DNA from: Escherichia phage vB_EcoP_EcoN5
Sequence record: MN715356
Direction: 5' to 3' (one strand)
Length of the DNA: 64,000 nucleotides
Shown here: positions 41,243 to 50,790 of the stretch, piece after piece
Numbering within the stretch: position 1 is the first letter of the stretch
How the letters are laid out: each line of letters begins with the position of its first letter
The notes under the pieces: generated by a model
What the model was told of the DNA's origin: nothing
The model's input: only the letters and a program-made list of their open reading frames with translations
Database searches by the model: none
Position numbers and translations under genes: made by a program

Positions 41243-43273
41243 TTAACCTCTATTCAATGAACATTTAGGGGAATTACAATAAACTTGATTCATAGAACCA
41301 AGCGTACAACTTTCAGCATCGCGCCACGGAATCTGCTTAAAACACTCCGAGCAGTAGCCGAGGGTTGACCACATGGCTTTGGTGAAGTCAGTGCTTCGGT
41401 TTCCGTCGAAGCTGACAACAGTTTTGCGGAGAGCTGTTCGTGATTCAGGAAACACACCTGCTTTCTCAGCAGGTTCCTCCTTTTTTGGCTTAGTTGAGAT
41501 TGCAAAAACACTGTTGCTACGTTTCTCAACATAAGCATCAACAACATCTTCCAGAGTGATGCCTGTCTGTTTCGCTGAGGAAGGTAATACAGTCATACGA
41601 CCGATCATATCTTCAGTTACACGTAAAGCAAATTCAGGACGACGGGCGTTTGTTGTATCTGTTGCTTTAATCCAGATATAACCATCTTTGATCGTAGCAT
41701 TAGATACTTTCTTCTTTACTTCTACAGCGCAGACTTTACAGATATCTTCACCACGAAGACGACTGAGTTCCTCATCAAACTCATTCTCTGTTTTAACTTC
41801 ACCACAGATTTCACAAACACCAATAGGAGTCTCCTCCTCTTCTTCCTCTTTAGGTTTAGTCAAACCTTCCAGACATTCAGGATGCCAGTAGCACTGATAT
41901 GCGAAGACTGCTTTAGGTGCATCCTTCCAGTCAATGTGCTTGTCACAACCACCACAATCACCATGAGAGTGTGCTTCCCAGAATTTACGAGTGATAGTAA
42001 CGCCATTCTTGTTGACGAAACTATCATTCATGTCAAAAGGGATATCATCATCAAAGTCAGCAGTAGTAGACTCAGGCTCCTTTTTCTCCAGAGATGGGTC
42101 AACAAAACGACCTGCTGTGATCACTAAGCGAACCATAGCATTAACTTCGGAGATGCAGGATACTGTCCCACGGTAAACAATTTTAGGGTCTTTCAGGGCA
42201 TCCTGATAAGCCTTAATGTCCACGTTATGAACATCACCTTCTATATACTCTTGAGACTTCTCATCGTAGATATAACCGATCATTTTACCACGAGAAGGAA
42301 CAGCACCAGCAGTTGCATAAGGAATAAACTCATGCGGAGTGATTTCCACAGTCATATCACGACGGATATCAATGTTTCGATCGCTTGCGATTTTGTTTTG
42401 ACTTACCACTGCGTTTCTTCGACGAACGTCTGCCGCTGTCACTCCCGGCTTCGTGTCGTAAGGATTGCTTGTATTGCTTTTTGAGGAACTTTGATAGTTG
42501 CTTTGGCTGTAGTTGTTCGAATAGTAACTGCCCCAACGATTGATTACCGTAAAAACCGGAAGCTCGTGGGCGACCTCTTCAACCAGAGTCATGCTGTTGT
42601 TTGACATATCAAAGATGTATTCTGTACCAACTTTACATTCAAAATGCTCGTCAATACGGTTCTTATGAGACTTAGAACGCTTCAGAATCCACATCAACAT
42701 ATCTTCTTCAGAAGCACCAAACCAGTCTCTGTTACAACGTGCGAGGTGGAATGGACGCTCTTCGTTACGGATGATATGAAGACGGTTATCAGAAGCATCA
42801 TGCCAGATTAAGGTGAAAGCACCATCCAGCTTTTGAATAGTCTCTGCTGCACCAATAGTGTTAATAGAGTGGCAGATGTTCTCACTGTCTACCTCGAAGT
42901 TTTTACTGTCAGGTAACAGGTCTTGGTCCATCAAGGTTCCGTTATGAACCAGAGTGATGTTACCGTGTTGGAAAGGATGGGCGTTCTTGGCGTTAACTGC
43001 ACCTTTCGTTGCATGACGGCTGTGACCAACAATCCATGAAGGCGCTACAGTGTAAGCTGTTTCACCAGTGGTGTGCTTCTTGTACTCATCTTGAAGGATG
43101 AATGCGAAAGAAGGAAGTGCCTCTTTATAAGTGAAGACTTCCTTAGTGCTCTTACGCTGACCAAAGATACCAGAGGAATGCTGCCCTCGGAATACCCCAG
43201 CATAAAAGAGTTGGTTAAATACGTCTAAATCAGTGCTTGACAGATTACCGCCAGCTAATACGATGCCACAAAT
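41243..43273 (-). CDS. class II (Ntn) glutamine amidotransferase with ~400-aa Cys-rich C-terminal extension
   Basis: Track ORF starts at TTG 42934 but the frame continues upstream to 'KICGIVLAGG...GQHSSGIFG...GHSRHATKG...NAHPFQ' (GATase-II signature); only plausible initiator is ATT 43271-43273, 8 nt after AGGTGG. Confidence 0.55.
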   Translation of the reverse strand: MCGIVLAGGNLSSTDLDVFNQLFYAGVFRGQHSSGIFGQRKSTKEVFTYKEALPSFAFILQDEYKKHTTGETAYTVAPSWIVGHSRHATKGAVNAKNAHPFQHGNITLVHNGTLMDQDLLPDSKNFEVDSENICHSINTIGAAETIQKLDGAFTLIWHDASDNRLHIIRNEERPFHLARCNRDWFGASEEDMLMWILKRSKSHKNRIDEHFECKVGTEYIFDMSNNSMTLVEEVAHELPVFTVINRWGSYYSNNYSQSNYQSSSKSNTSNPYDTKPGVTAADVRRRNAVVSQNKIASDRNIDIRRDMTVEITPHEFIPYATAGAVPSRGKMIGYIYDEKSQEYIEGDVHNVDIKAYQDALKDPKIVYRGTVSCISEVNAMVRLVITAGRFVDPSLEKKEPESTTADFDDDIPFDMNDSFVNKNGVTITRKFWEAHSHGDCGGCDKHIDWKDAPKAVFAYQCYWHPECLEGLTKPKEEEEEETPIGVCEICGEVKTENEFDEELSRLRGEDICKVCAVEVKKKVSNATIKDGYIWIKATDTTNARRPEFALRVTEDMIGRMTVLPSSAKQTGITLEDVVDAYVEKRSNSVFAISTKPKKEEPAEKAGVFPESRTALRKTVVSFDGNRSTDFTKAMWSTLGYCSECFKQIPWRDAESCTLGSMNQVYCNSPKCSLNRG

Positions 43274-43352
43274 TTTCTAATCCACCTGAAGGGTAAACCC
43301 TTTCATCTAATTAACCTTTAAATTGTGCCCCTTTGTCAGAGGCACCCATTGA

Positions 43353-44456
43353 TTACAGCGCTTGCTCTAACTGATTTTCCAGATGATCTGGAATGTACCC
43401 TGTGATGTTGTTATCACTATGGCCTGACTCACGTAGTAAGTCAAAAATAGCACGGATACGTTGCTCTGGTGCAGATCGTACAGTAGATAGGTCAGTTGTA
43501 CGAAGCATAACCAGAATCTCTTGGTACAAGTTGTTAGCGTTCCCTCGGACATATCCAAGGAATCCGTAGAAGTCTGAGATATGACGTAGGTCAACAAGAA
43601 CTTCTCCGTTGGAGTTGGTTCGACGTAAACGAATACGACCAGACTGTTCTACTTCATGAGAACGACAATACAAAACATCACGGGCCATACAATAGCCTGA
43701 ATGCAAATCCGATTCATCCAGATTGTAATCCAGAGGAAGGTAAGGAAGCATTGGGGCAAATCGTACAGTATTTAAGTGCTCGATAAACTGATCATTGCTC
43801 ATATCTGCATTATCTAGAGCCAGCTTCTTCAACATCAAGAAGCGGTTAACCAGATTGAGAAGTTGACCACGTTTCCACTTAGGCTCACTGATACGGAACT
43901 CAATCGAACCGTATTGGGCAAGTGGCAGAAGATTCAGGGATGTATACTTATCCCATGAACGAACCAGACGGTTGAAGAACTCTTCGTCGTCGTAGTTAAA
44001 TGCGTCAGAGGCATTCATTACCTGTGCTTGTACCACTGCAAAAGCAGGGCAGAAGTTGCTACGGTAACGATGGTAGCCTGAACACTTGAACAACATCTTT
44101 TCATAGAAGGTCCAAGCGAGAATGGTTTTCTTGAGGATATTACTATCAGCATCCCTCATATCCATATGAACGTGAGTAGAGCAACGCCAAGTCCCCTCGG
44201 CGTGCGATTCAGCTACTGCTTCACTCAGGTTGTTGATAGCGTCTAACAACTCCTGTCCGTTGTAAGGCCGTGAACATACCATTTCACAACCATTACGCAG
44301 GGAACCATCCTCTGTACAATCCCACATATCTGCTTCGATATGATCGGAACCTTCTAGTTCAAGTTCAATACCGACACCGCACTGAAGTGCAATTGAACTA
44401 TGCGCCTCAGTTAAACGCCCTTCTCGATATCCAAAAGTTTGCGCTACAGTTGTCAT
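43353..44456 (-). CDS. glutamine-synthetase-like carboxylate-amine ligase (amidoligase)
   Basis: 'GVGIELELEG' and 'CSTHVHMD' resemble GCS2/amidoligase motifs. Confidence 0.5.
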   Translation of the reverse strand: MTTVAQTFGYREGRLTEAHSSIALQCGVGIELELEGSDHIEADMWDCTEDGSLRNGCEMVCSRPYNGQELLDAINNLSEAVAESHAEGTWRCSTHVHMDMRDADSNILKKTILAWTFYEKMLFKCSGYHRYRSNFCPAFAVVQAQVMNASDAFNYDDEEFFNRLVRSWDKYTSLNLLPLAQYGSIEFRISEPKWKRGQLLNLVNRFLMLKKLALDNADMSNDQFIEHLNTVRFAPMLPYLPLDYNLDESDLHSGYCMARDVLYCRSHEVEQSGRIRLRRTNSNGEVLVDLRHISDFYGFLGYVRGNANNLYQEILVMLRTTDLSTVRSAPEQRIRAIFDLLRESGHSDNNITGYIPDHLENQLEQAL

Positions 44457-45070
44457 AACGAATCCACCAACGTAATATTGTAATTGCTAAGGTTTTCAGA
44501 AATGTGATGAAAGTGTTCCAGAAGTCGCATCGGTTGCTGACCGTAAGAGTCACGAGGTGCTTCCAGATCTACTTGTCCTACCAGTGCACCTTTATAATGC
44601 ACCTTACCATCCGTAGGGTTGATATAAATATAACGAGTAACCAATCCTTCGAATTCAGGATTGAATAGACTGTAAACCATCTCCCCGGAGATAGCACGAC
44701 CAACACCCGGAGCGTTGCGAATCTTGTTACCCATCAAACCCTTTGCTCTCTGGCGAACAGGGTTAATATGAGTCCAGCTTACAGTGTTACCGTTATGGAA
44801 CAGATAACCAACGTCAGGTGATTCAAGAATCAAGGTTGGGTCGAACACTGGAACATTCATCGTAGTGTTTCGAAGATTCCCTTGCTCATTCTTGTACCAC
44901 TGCTCTACAACAAAGTACAGAGCCTGTTCTGCTTCGTGAGAGAAGTCATCACTGCGGAAGTTACCACTCTGCTCAACACCAATCACAAAACATGGAAGGT
45001 TGATATTACCTGCTCGTTTAGCAATCCATGTACCATTATAGTAATGAGAAAAATCAGCTACTAAGCTCAC
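44453..45070 (-). CDS. hypothetical protein within amidoligase cluster
   Basis: 205-aa ORF with 4-nt overlaps to both neighbours. Confidence 0.4.
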   Translation of the reverse strand: MSLVADFSHYYNGTWIAKRAGNINLPCFVIGVEQSGNFRSDDFSHEAEQALYFVVEQWYKNEQGNLRNTTMNVPVFDPTLILESPDVGYLFHNGNTVSWTHINPVRQRAKGLMGNKIRNAPGVGRAISGEMVYSLFNPEFEGLVTRYIYINPTDGKVHYKGALVGQVDLEAPRDSYGQQPMRLLEHFHHISENLSNYNITLVDSL

Positions 45071-45079
45071 GATAACCTC

Positions 45080-45886
45080 TTATGCTACCTGAAGGAGTTT
45101 GATCTGCTGGTCCGCTTCTTTAACGTTGTTGCCGTTAATGATTTCATGAAGCTTCTCAATCGGAAGGCGAGAGTGCAATGCCATCAGAGTGGACATATCA
45201 CACTGCTGGACAACCTTGTCAACTTGATCGTAAACAAACTTACGGTTTTCACGATCGCTAATCCAGAAGTTAGACAGTGAACGGTATTCGATACCGTAGT
45301 CTTTATAACGGATTGCAGATGCTTTGCCATAGAGTTCTTTACGGCGAGTATCTTTGTCCATAATAACTGCTGGAAGTGACAGGAAGTAATCACACAGCAC
45401 GCCCAACATCATCTGGGTTTGCAGAGTGATATCCAAAGCACCAACCACACCAAGATGTACGTGACCACCGGCAGTACGAAGCCCTTTATTCTGAGAAGTC
45501 GGGGATGGATTCTTCTGACCAGTGAAAGCGTTAAAATCAGGAGTGCATCCGAAGATGAACGCTGATTCATTGAAAGTCTTCATCTCTTCTTCAGTGAAGA
45601 TGTGAGAGCTAACACCCGGAGCTGTTTCCATGTCCAGTTTGTTCAGGACATTGTTGGTGAGATCGATACCACGTTGCATGTTATCGTTAAACGCTTCAAA
45701 GCCGCTCTGTGGGTCAATATCAAACTCAGCCAGTACGTTGTCCTCTTGAAGACGAACATCCTTAGCCAGAGTGATCTTATCGTCCTTAGAACAACCTAAC
45801 AGACCAGCTACAGAGGTGATGATACCGTTGCTGGTACGAACAAACATTTCAGGATCAGAGCCGATAAGGAATTTGCGCTTAGTCAT
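45080..45886 (-). CDS. second GS-like carboxylate-amine ligase-type protein
   Basis: 'LIGSDPEMFV' and 'AGGHVHLGV' motifs. Confidence 0.45.
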   Translation of the reverse strand: MTKRKFLIGSDPEMFVRTSNGIITSVAGLLGCSKDDKITLAKDVRLQEDNVLAEFDIDPQSGFEAFNDNMQRGIDLTNNVLNKLDMETAPGVSSHIFTEEEMKTFNESAFIFGCTPDFNAFTGQKNPSPTSQNKGLRTAGGHVHLGVVGALDITLQTQMMLGVLCDYFLSLPAVIMDKDTRRKELYGKASAIRYKDYGIEYRSLSNFWISDRENRKFVYDQVDKVVQQCDMSTLMALHSRLPIEKLHEIINGNNVKEADQQIKLLQVA

Positions 45887-46850
45887 TGTAATACTCCACT
45901 AGTTCAGAAAAGAGAGATGAGATTGTGTTACCAACTTCTTCAGTAGTAAGACCAGAGTTTGGTCCAGTACGTTGAATCAGTCGGGCTGTAAAGTTTTGGA
46001 CTGTAATGTTTTCCAACTTATTGTCTATTGCTTCACGTTTGTGACCATGACAGTTGGACCAGAGTCTTAACCACTCTGACATTGTTTCATACTCGTCCGG
46101 GTCTTGATCTTTAGCACGAGCAAATCTTCGTAAGGCATCTTGGTTATGGTTGCGAACATAACCGTCCTTGTTGTCACCAACACCGAAGGGGTTTTGAACC
46201 CATACCTGCTTCGTGTATTCATCAGAGTCTACAACCAAAGGAAGGAATGCTGCTGCTGACATATTGTTATTAACAACAATAGAGGTGCTCTCGCTACTCC
46301 CATTGACTCTTCCTCGTTGAGACCATCCACCGAAGAAGTCACGACCCAACCCAGCTAACACTAGAGCGATGCCGATGCGTTTACGCTTCAGCCACTCTTC
46401 CCTGTCTTCAATTCCTTCTGCTAGGAAATCCATTCCACGATACTGCCCTTCCAGGATGCTACGGAAGAGCATAAGTCCTGTGAAGATTTGATCTGCTGGA
46501 TGCTCACGGAGGTTGACAGCTACACTATTCGCTGAAGTGATTGTAAATACATCACGATAGCAAGACATAGAGTTCATAATATCTGCTGTTTCAACCAAGT
46601 TCTTTTCAATTTCAGATGCAACATGACCATGAAAAGAGTGAGTCCAGTAATTCAACATCTCCAATTGCAAGTTGATATCACGGTTGAAGCGTCTATAACG
46701 CCCATCTTCAGTGATAACTTCGCCATCAATATCATTTACGCATTGGCCTTGCATGTAGTTGTGAATACCGAAGCACCCACGACCTAAGAACTTCTGTTCC
46801 CCTAAATCCTGTTGAAGATTCAGAGGTACGATCGTTGTGGAGATTGACAT
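45879..46850 (-). CDS. hypothetical protein within amidoligase cluster
   Basis: 323-aa co-directional ORF. Confidence 0.4.
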   Translation of the reverse strand: MSISTTIVPLNLQQDLGEQKFLGRGCFGIHNYMQGQCVNDIDGEVITEDGRYRRFNRDINLQLEMLNYWTHSFHGHVASEIEKNLVETADIMNSMSCYRDVFTITSANSVAVNLREHPADQIFTGLMLFRSILEGQYRGMDFLAEGIEDREEWLKRKRIGIALVLAGLGRDFFGGWSQRGRVNGSSESTSIVVNNNMSAAAFLPLVVDSDEYTKQVWVQNPFGVGDNKDGYVRNHNQDALRRFARAKDQDPDEYETMSEWLRLWSNCHGHKREAIDNKLENITVQNFTARLIQRTGPNSGLTTEEVGNTISSLFSELVEYYND

Positions 46851-46860
46851 AACTAACCTT

Positions 46861-48057
46861 TTATTTTCCTAAAAATAATCCGCTCATGACACCATCCCAC
46901 TCAGAGGAAGGAATCACTGAATACTCCGAACTTTGGTCCAGAGTCCCACTACTAAATCGCTGAACAATGTTGTAGATGTTGAACAGGTCTTTAGTCTCGG
47001 CACGAATGCCGTAGATTAGCCTGTTAGCTGTTTTCTCATTTTTAGACACGCGACGGGTAAAGTTAACCAAAAGATTATCACCTTTAAGTATCTCTGACCC
47101 ATCTTTTACTAGATCGGGGTGCATCACTGGCAAGAACATTGAGTTGTTAACTCGTAATTCTGCTGTTTCATCATTCTCATAATGAATCCACTTAAAGTCT
47201 TCATCACGGAAATGACCACACCCATCTCTGTATGACTGTTGACGCCAAGGAACTTGAAATGCTTCAGAGTGTTTATCAGCCATGCCGACTGTAAACAGCG
47301 ACGCTGGGAAGATACAAGCATCCCAATCATTACCAACCAGAGTTGCTTTCGTTTCCCCTAAGAGGTTAGTGTAAGTGCTAACCATTCGTGAGTAAACGTA
47401 AGCCTGAAGAATTGTCCAGCCTTCAACCAACCATTTATGAAGGAAGGTTTCAACTTGACTCTCTTCATCTTCGCAATAGAAGGTTCTATCTAACATTAAA
47501 TAGAACAGACAACGATCAGCAGGAACATTCTCAGTTGCTACCCCCATAAAGCCTTTCTCGTGCCAGCGTAAACAGGAGGGACGATCTTTGTCCACAAATG
47601 CTTCCATAGCTTCCAGTACAGCACGAGGTGTGGTTCGATATTCAGGGTTTTTGTCGTTCCAACGATCAATGTTATTCTTAGGAGGTGTGTCTTCATCTTC
47701 ATACGAACACCAACTTAAAGCTTCAGCTACGTGCTTTTCATCACGCCAGCGTCTAAAACCTAACATCTTCATGTGAGTTCCGGAGTTCCAGATATGCTTG
47801 ATTTTACACATATCCATCTCTCGGCTTAACAGGAATTCTTCCCCATCAGCACTACGAACGTTAGCCTCTTCATGCCACACTCGAACGTGCATATTCCACC
47901 CATGAGTTGCCTCATACATGTTAGGGTCGAAGTATTCATCTTCGTCATCATCTTCATCAACGCCACCGTTATAGTTGCGAAGCTGAAGGAACCCATAACA
48001 AGGAGGGTTGACCGTTAAAACATTACCTTCAGTATCTTCTAATGTTACTGGAAACAT
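46861..48057 (-). CDS. hypothetical protein; first 54 codons lie inside the duplicated segment
   Basis: 398-aa ORF with acidic N-terminal 'DEDDDEDEY' stretch. Confidence 0.4.
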   Translation of the reverse strand: MFPVTLEDTEGNVLTVNPPCYGFLQLRNYNGGVDEDDDEDEYFDPNMYEATHGWNMHVRVWHEEANVRSADGEEFLLSREMDMCKIKHIWNSGTHMKMLGFRRWRDEKHVAEALSWCSYEDEDTPPKNNIDRWNDKNPEYRTTPRAVLEAMEAFVDKDRPSCLRWHEKGFMGVATENVPADRCLFYLMLDRTFYCEDEESQVETFLHKWLVEGWTILQAYVYSRMVSTYTNLLGETKATLVGNDWDACIFPASLFTVGMADKHSEAFQVPWRQQSYRDGCGHFRDEDFKWIHYENDETAELRVNNSMFLPVMHPDLVKDGSEILKGDNLLVNFTRRVSKNEKTANRLIYGIRAETKDLFNIYNIVQRFSSGTLDQSSEYSVIPSSEWDGVMSGLFLGK

Positions 48058-48068
48058 TATACCAACCT

Positions 48069-48431
48069 CTATTGGTTTTTAATCAACTCAATCGACTTAC
48101 GGATATAAAGAATATCTCGGAAGTTTCGATAGTTGTTCATAAATTGGTGCTTCTGGAAAGTAGCTTCTTCCAGAGCTTTCTTTGCTTCTGCGTAATTTTT
48201 ACGGGCAAGATGTACAACCCGCTCTGGTAACACATTTGCACGACGGATGATATACTTGTGAGCTTTCATGTTGCTTTGCTCACGAGCAATCTTACATTTA
48301 GCAACTTTGATACCATTTGCAATCCAAGCAAGTTCTTGCTCAAGCTCATCGTTGGACATTCCACCGAGATTTGATGCAACCTTGTTCAGAGTTTCAATAT
48401 TAACGTTGCCCTTAATGGGACGTGTATTCAT
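48069..48431 (-). CDS. hypothetical protein (copy 1)
   Basis: 120-aa ORF, basic, helical; duplicated at 49587-49949. Confidence 0.4.
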   Translation of the reverse strand: MNTRPIKGNVNIETLNKVASNLGGMSNDELEQELAWIANGIKVAKCKIAREQSNMKAHKYIIRRANVLPERVVHLARKNYAEAKKALEEATFQKHQFMNNYRNFRDILYIRKSIELIKNQ

Positions 48432-48433
48432 AC

Positions 48434-48586
48434 TTACTCCTGTTGTTTACACTCGTCAATAACCCACTGATAAGTGGATTGCCCAGAAAAGAAACACTGA
48501 ATAAATCCAGATGTTCTCTGCGTTACCAGTGCTAGTGCACAAATCACTACCGCTGCTGCTAGCAGTTTTAAATCTAATTTAGACAT
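48434..48586 (-). CDS. small membrane / signal-peptide protein (copy 1)
   Basis: Hand-translated ~50-aa ORF 'MSKLDLKLLAAAVVICALALV...' with RBS GAGGAAAT; below track cutoff. Confidence 0.3.
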   Translation of the reverse strand: MSKLDLKLLAAAVVICALALVTQRTSGFIQCFFSGQSTYQWVIDECKQQE

Positions 48587-48823
48587 ATTTCCTCTCATTG
48601 AATTTAAAAAAGGACTCTCCGAAAAGAGCCAAGCTTTAAATCCAAAAAAAGATATTACCCAATATCTGTGGATAACCTGCTCTTAAAATATCTATCCGAC
48701 GGATGTTTGAGGAACACTCCTCTCCCTAGCATCGGCCCCATACGGGAAATATATTAAGATTAGGTTAGTTGAGTCAGAATAACTCACATAGCCCTCCGAG
48801 GAAGGCTATAGGTGTTACTACAA

Positions 48824-49039
48824 CTAAAAATCACCTGATTTTACAAAATCATCACTAAGAATTTCGTCAATCTCTTTGCTAGTCAAATCTTTCCTGAACC
48901 AGCAACAAGGTACATCCACCCATTGACCAGAGTTGTTTTCTACAGAGCATCTATTGCCTGTCTTACTCTTGCACTTATAGGTTTTACCTTTGTCTAGACG
49001 GTAGTGTATTCTGTAAACGATCGACACAAGTGTTATCAT
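48824..49039 (-). CDS. Cys-containing small protein (copy 1)
   Basis: 71-aa ORF with 'CKSKTGNRC...PCCW'. Confidence 0.35.
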   Translation of the reverse strand: MITLVSIVYRIHYRLDKGKTYKCKSKTGNRCSVENNSGQWVDVPCCWFRKDLTSKEIDEILSDDFVKSGDF

Positions 49040-49272
49040 TACTCGCCTTTCTTAGCACGATCTTTGGCAGTTTTGCCAGTGCGGATGCGATGGGAAACGT
49101 TAACCAGAGTGCCACCATCAACTACGGTAACGCTCTTGTTTTTAGCCAGATCGAACACAGTTTTCTCCGTGCCACCCAAGCGAATTTGCTTAGGCTCACT
49201 GAAGGTTTGGGTTGATTTAGATTGGAACTGAAACGGTTGACGGATTGCATCAATTGCACTTACTTTAGACAT
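49039..49272 (-). CDS. hypothetical protein (copy 1)
   Basis: 77-aa ORF preceded by hairpin and conserved motif. Confidence 0.4.
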   Translation of the reverse strand: MSKVSAIDAIRQPFQFQSKSTQTFSEPKQIRLGGTEKTVFDLAKNKSVTVVDGGTLVNVSHRIRTGKTAKDRAKKGE

Positions 49273-49586
49273 AGTGGAAATTCCTTAAAAAGTTATGGCT
49301 GCGTAGAGGGAATTCCCTACGCAAATTGGGCCGCCTAAAAAGAGGCGTCATAGTACTAAAAGGAGGAGAGAAGAGGGCTTATTTAGCTACCTTTTTCTGT
49401 CCGTTTACAAACCCCACCCATGAGTTGCCTCATACATGTTAGGGTCGAAGTATTCATCTTCGTCATCATCTTCATCAACGCCACCGTTATAGTTGCGAAG
49501 CTGAAGGAACCCATAACAAGGAGGGTTGACCGTTAAAACATTACCTTCAGTATCTTCTAATGTTACTGGAAACATTATACCAACCT

Positions 49587-49949
49587 CTATTGGTTTTTAA
49601 TCAACTCAATCGACTTACGGATATAAAGAATATCTCGGAAGTTTCGATAGTTGTTCATAAATTGGTGCTTCTGGAAAGTAGCTTCTTCCAGAGCTTTCTT
49701 TGCTTCTGCGTAATTTTTACGGGCAAGATGTACAACCCGCTCTGGTAACACATTTGCACGACGGATGATATACTTGTGAGCTTTCATGTTGCTTTGCTCA
49801 CGAGCAATCTTACATTTAGCAACTTTGATACCATTTGCAATCCAAGCAAGTTCTTGCTCAAGCTCATCGTTGGACATTCCACCGAGATTTGATGCAACCT
49901 TGTTCAGAGTTTCAATATTAACGTTGCCCTTAATGGGACGTGTATTCAT
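49587..49949 (-). CDS. hypothetical protein (copy 2, identical to 48069-48431)
   Basis: Identical translation. Confidence 0.4.
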   Translation of the reverse strand: MNTRPIKGNVNIETLNKVASNLGGMSNDELEQELAWIANGIKVAKCKIAREQSNMKAHKYIIRRANVLPERVVHLARKNYAEAKKALEEATFQKHQFMNNYRNFRDILYIRKSIELIKNQ

Positions 49950-50341
49950 ACTTACTCCTGTTGTTTACACTCGTCAATAACCCACTGATAAGTGGATTGC
50001 CCAGAAAAGAAACACTGAATAAATCCAGATGTTCTCTGCGTTACCAGTGCTAGTGCACAAATCACTACCGCTGCTGCTAGCAGTTTTAAATCTAATTTAG
50101 ACATATTTCCTCTCATTGAATTTAAAAAAGGACTCTCCGAAAAGAGCCAAGCTTTAAATCCAAAAAAAGATATTACCCAATATCTGTGGATAACCTGCTC
50201 TTAAAATATCTATCCGACGGATGTTTGAGGAACACTCCTCTCCCTAGCATCGGCCCCATACGGGAAATATATTAAGATTAGGTTAGTTGAGTCAGAATAA
50301 CTCACATAGCCCTCCGAGGAAGGCTATAGGTGTTACTACAA

Positions 50342-50557
50342 CTAAAAATCACCTGATTTTACAAAATCATCACTAAGAATTTCGTCAATCTCTTTGCTAG
50401 TCAAATCTTTCCTGAACCAGCAACAAGGTACATCCACCCATTGACCAGAGTTGTTTTCTACAGAGCATCTATTGCCTGTCTTACTCTTGCACTTATAGGT
50501 TTTACCTTTGTCTAGACGGTAGTGTATTCTGTAAACGATCGACACAAGTGTTATCAT
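50342..50557 (-). CDS. Cys-containing small protein (copy 2)
   Basis: Identical translation to 48824-49039. Confidence 0.35.
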   Translation of the reverse strand: MITLVSIVYRIHYRLDKGKTYKCKSKTGNRCSVENNSGQWVDVPCCWFRKDLTSKEIDEILSDDFVKSGDF

Positions 50558-50790
50558 TACTCGCCTTTCTTAGCACGATCTTTGGCAGTTTTGCCAGTGC
50601 GGATGCGATGGGAAACGTTAACCAGAGTGCCACCATCAACTACGGTAACGCTCTTGTTTTTAGCCAGATCGAACACAGTTTTCTCCGTGCCACCCAAGCG
50701 AATTTGCTTAGGCTCACTGAAGGTTTGGGTTGATTTAGATTGGAACTGAAACGGTTGACGGATTGCATCAATTGCACTTACTTTAGACAT
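50557..50790 (-). CDS. hypothetical protein (copy 2)
   Basis: Identical translation to 49039-49272. Confidence 0.4.
   Translation of the reverse strand: MSKVSAIDAIRQPFQFQSKSTQTFSEPKQIRLGGTEKTVFDLAKNKSVTVVDGGTLVNVSHRIRTGKTAKDRAKKGE

Larger units (their letters stand above)
47895..49412. repeat. tandem direct repeat, copy 1 (period 1518 bp)
   Basis: Identical ORF sets offset by exactly 1518 nt in the track; noncoding stretches also read identical. Confidence 0.8.

Noticed and set aside
43262-43310. Genome-wide stop-codon reassignment (TAG read as an amino acid)
   Set aside because: Other genes in the window end at ordinary stops with normal lengths; a single in-frame TAG before the amidotransferase is better explained by a non-ATG start or local read-through.
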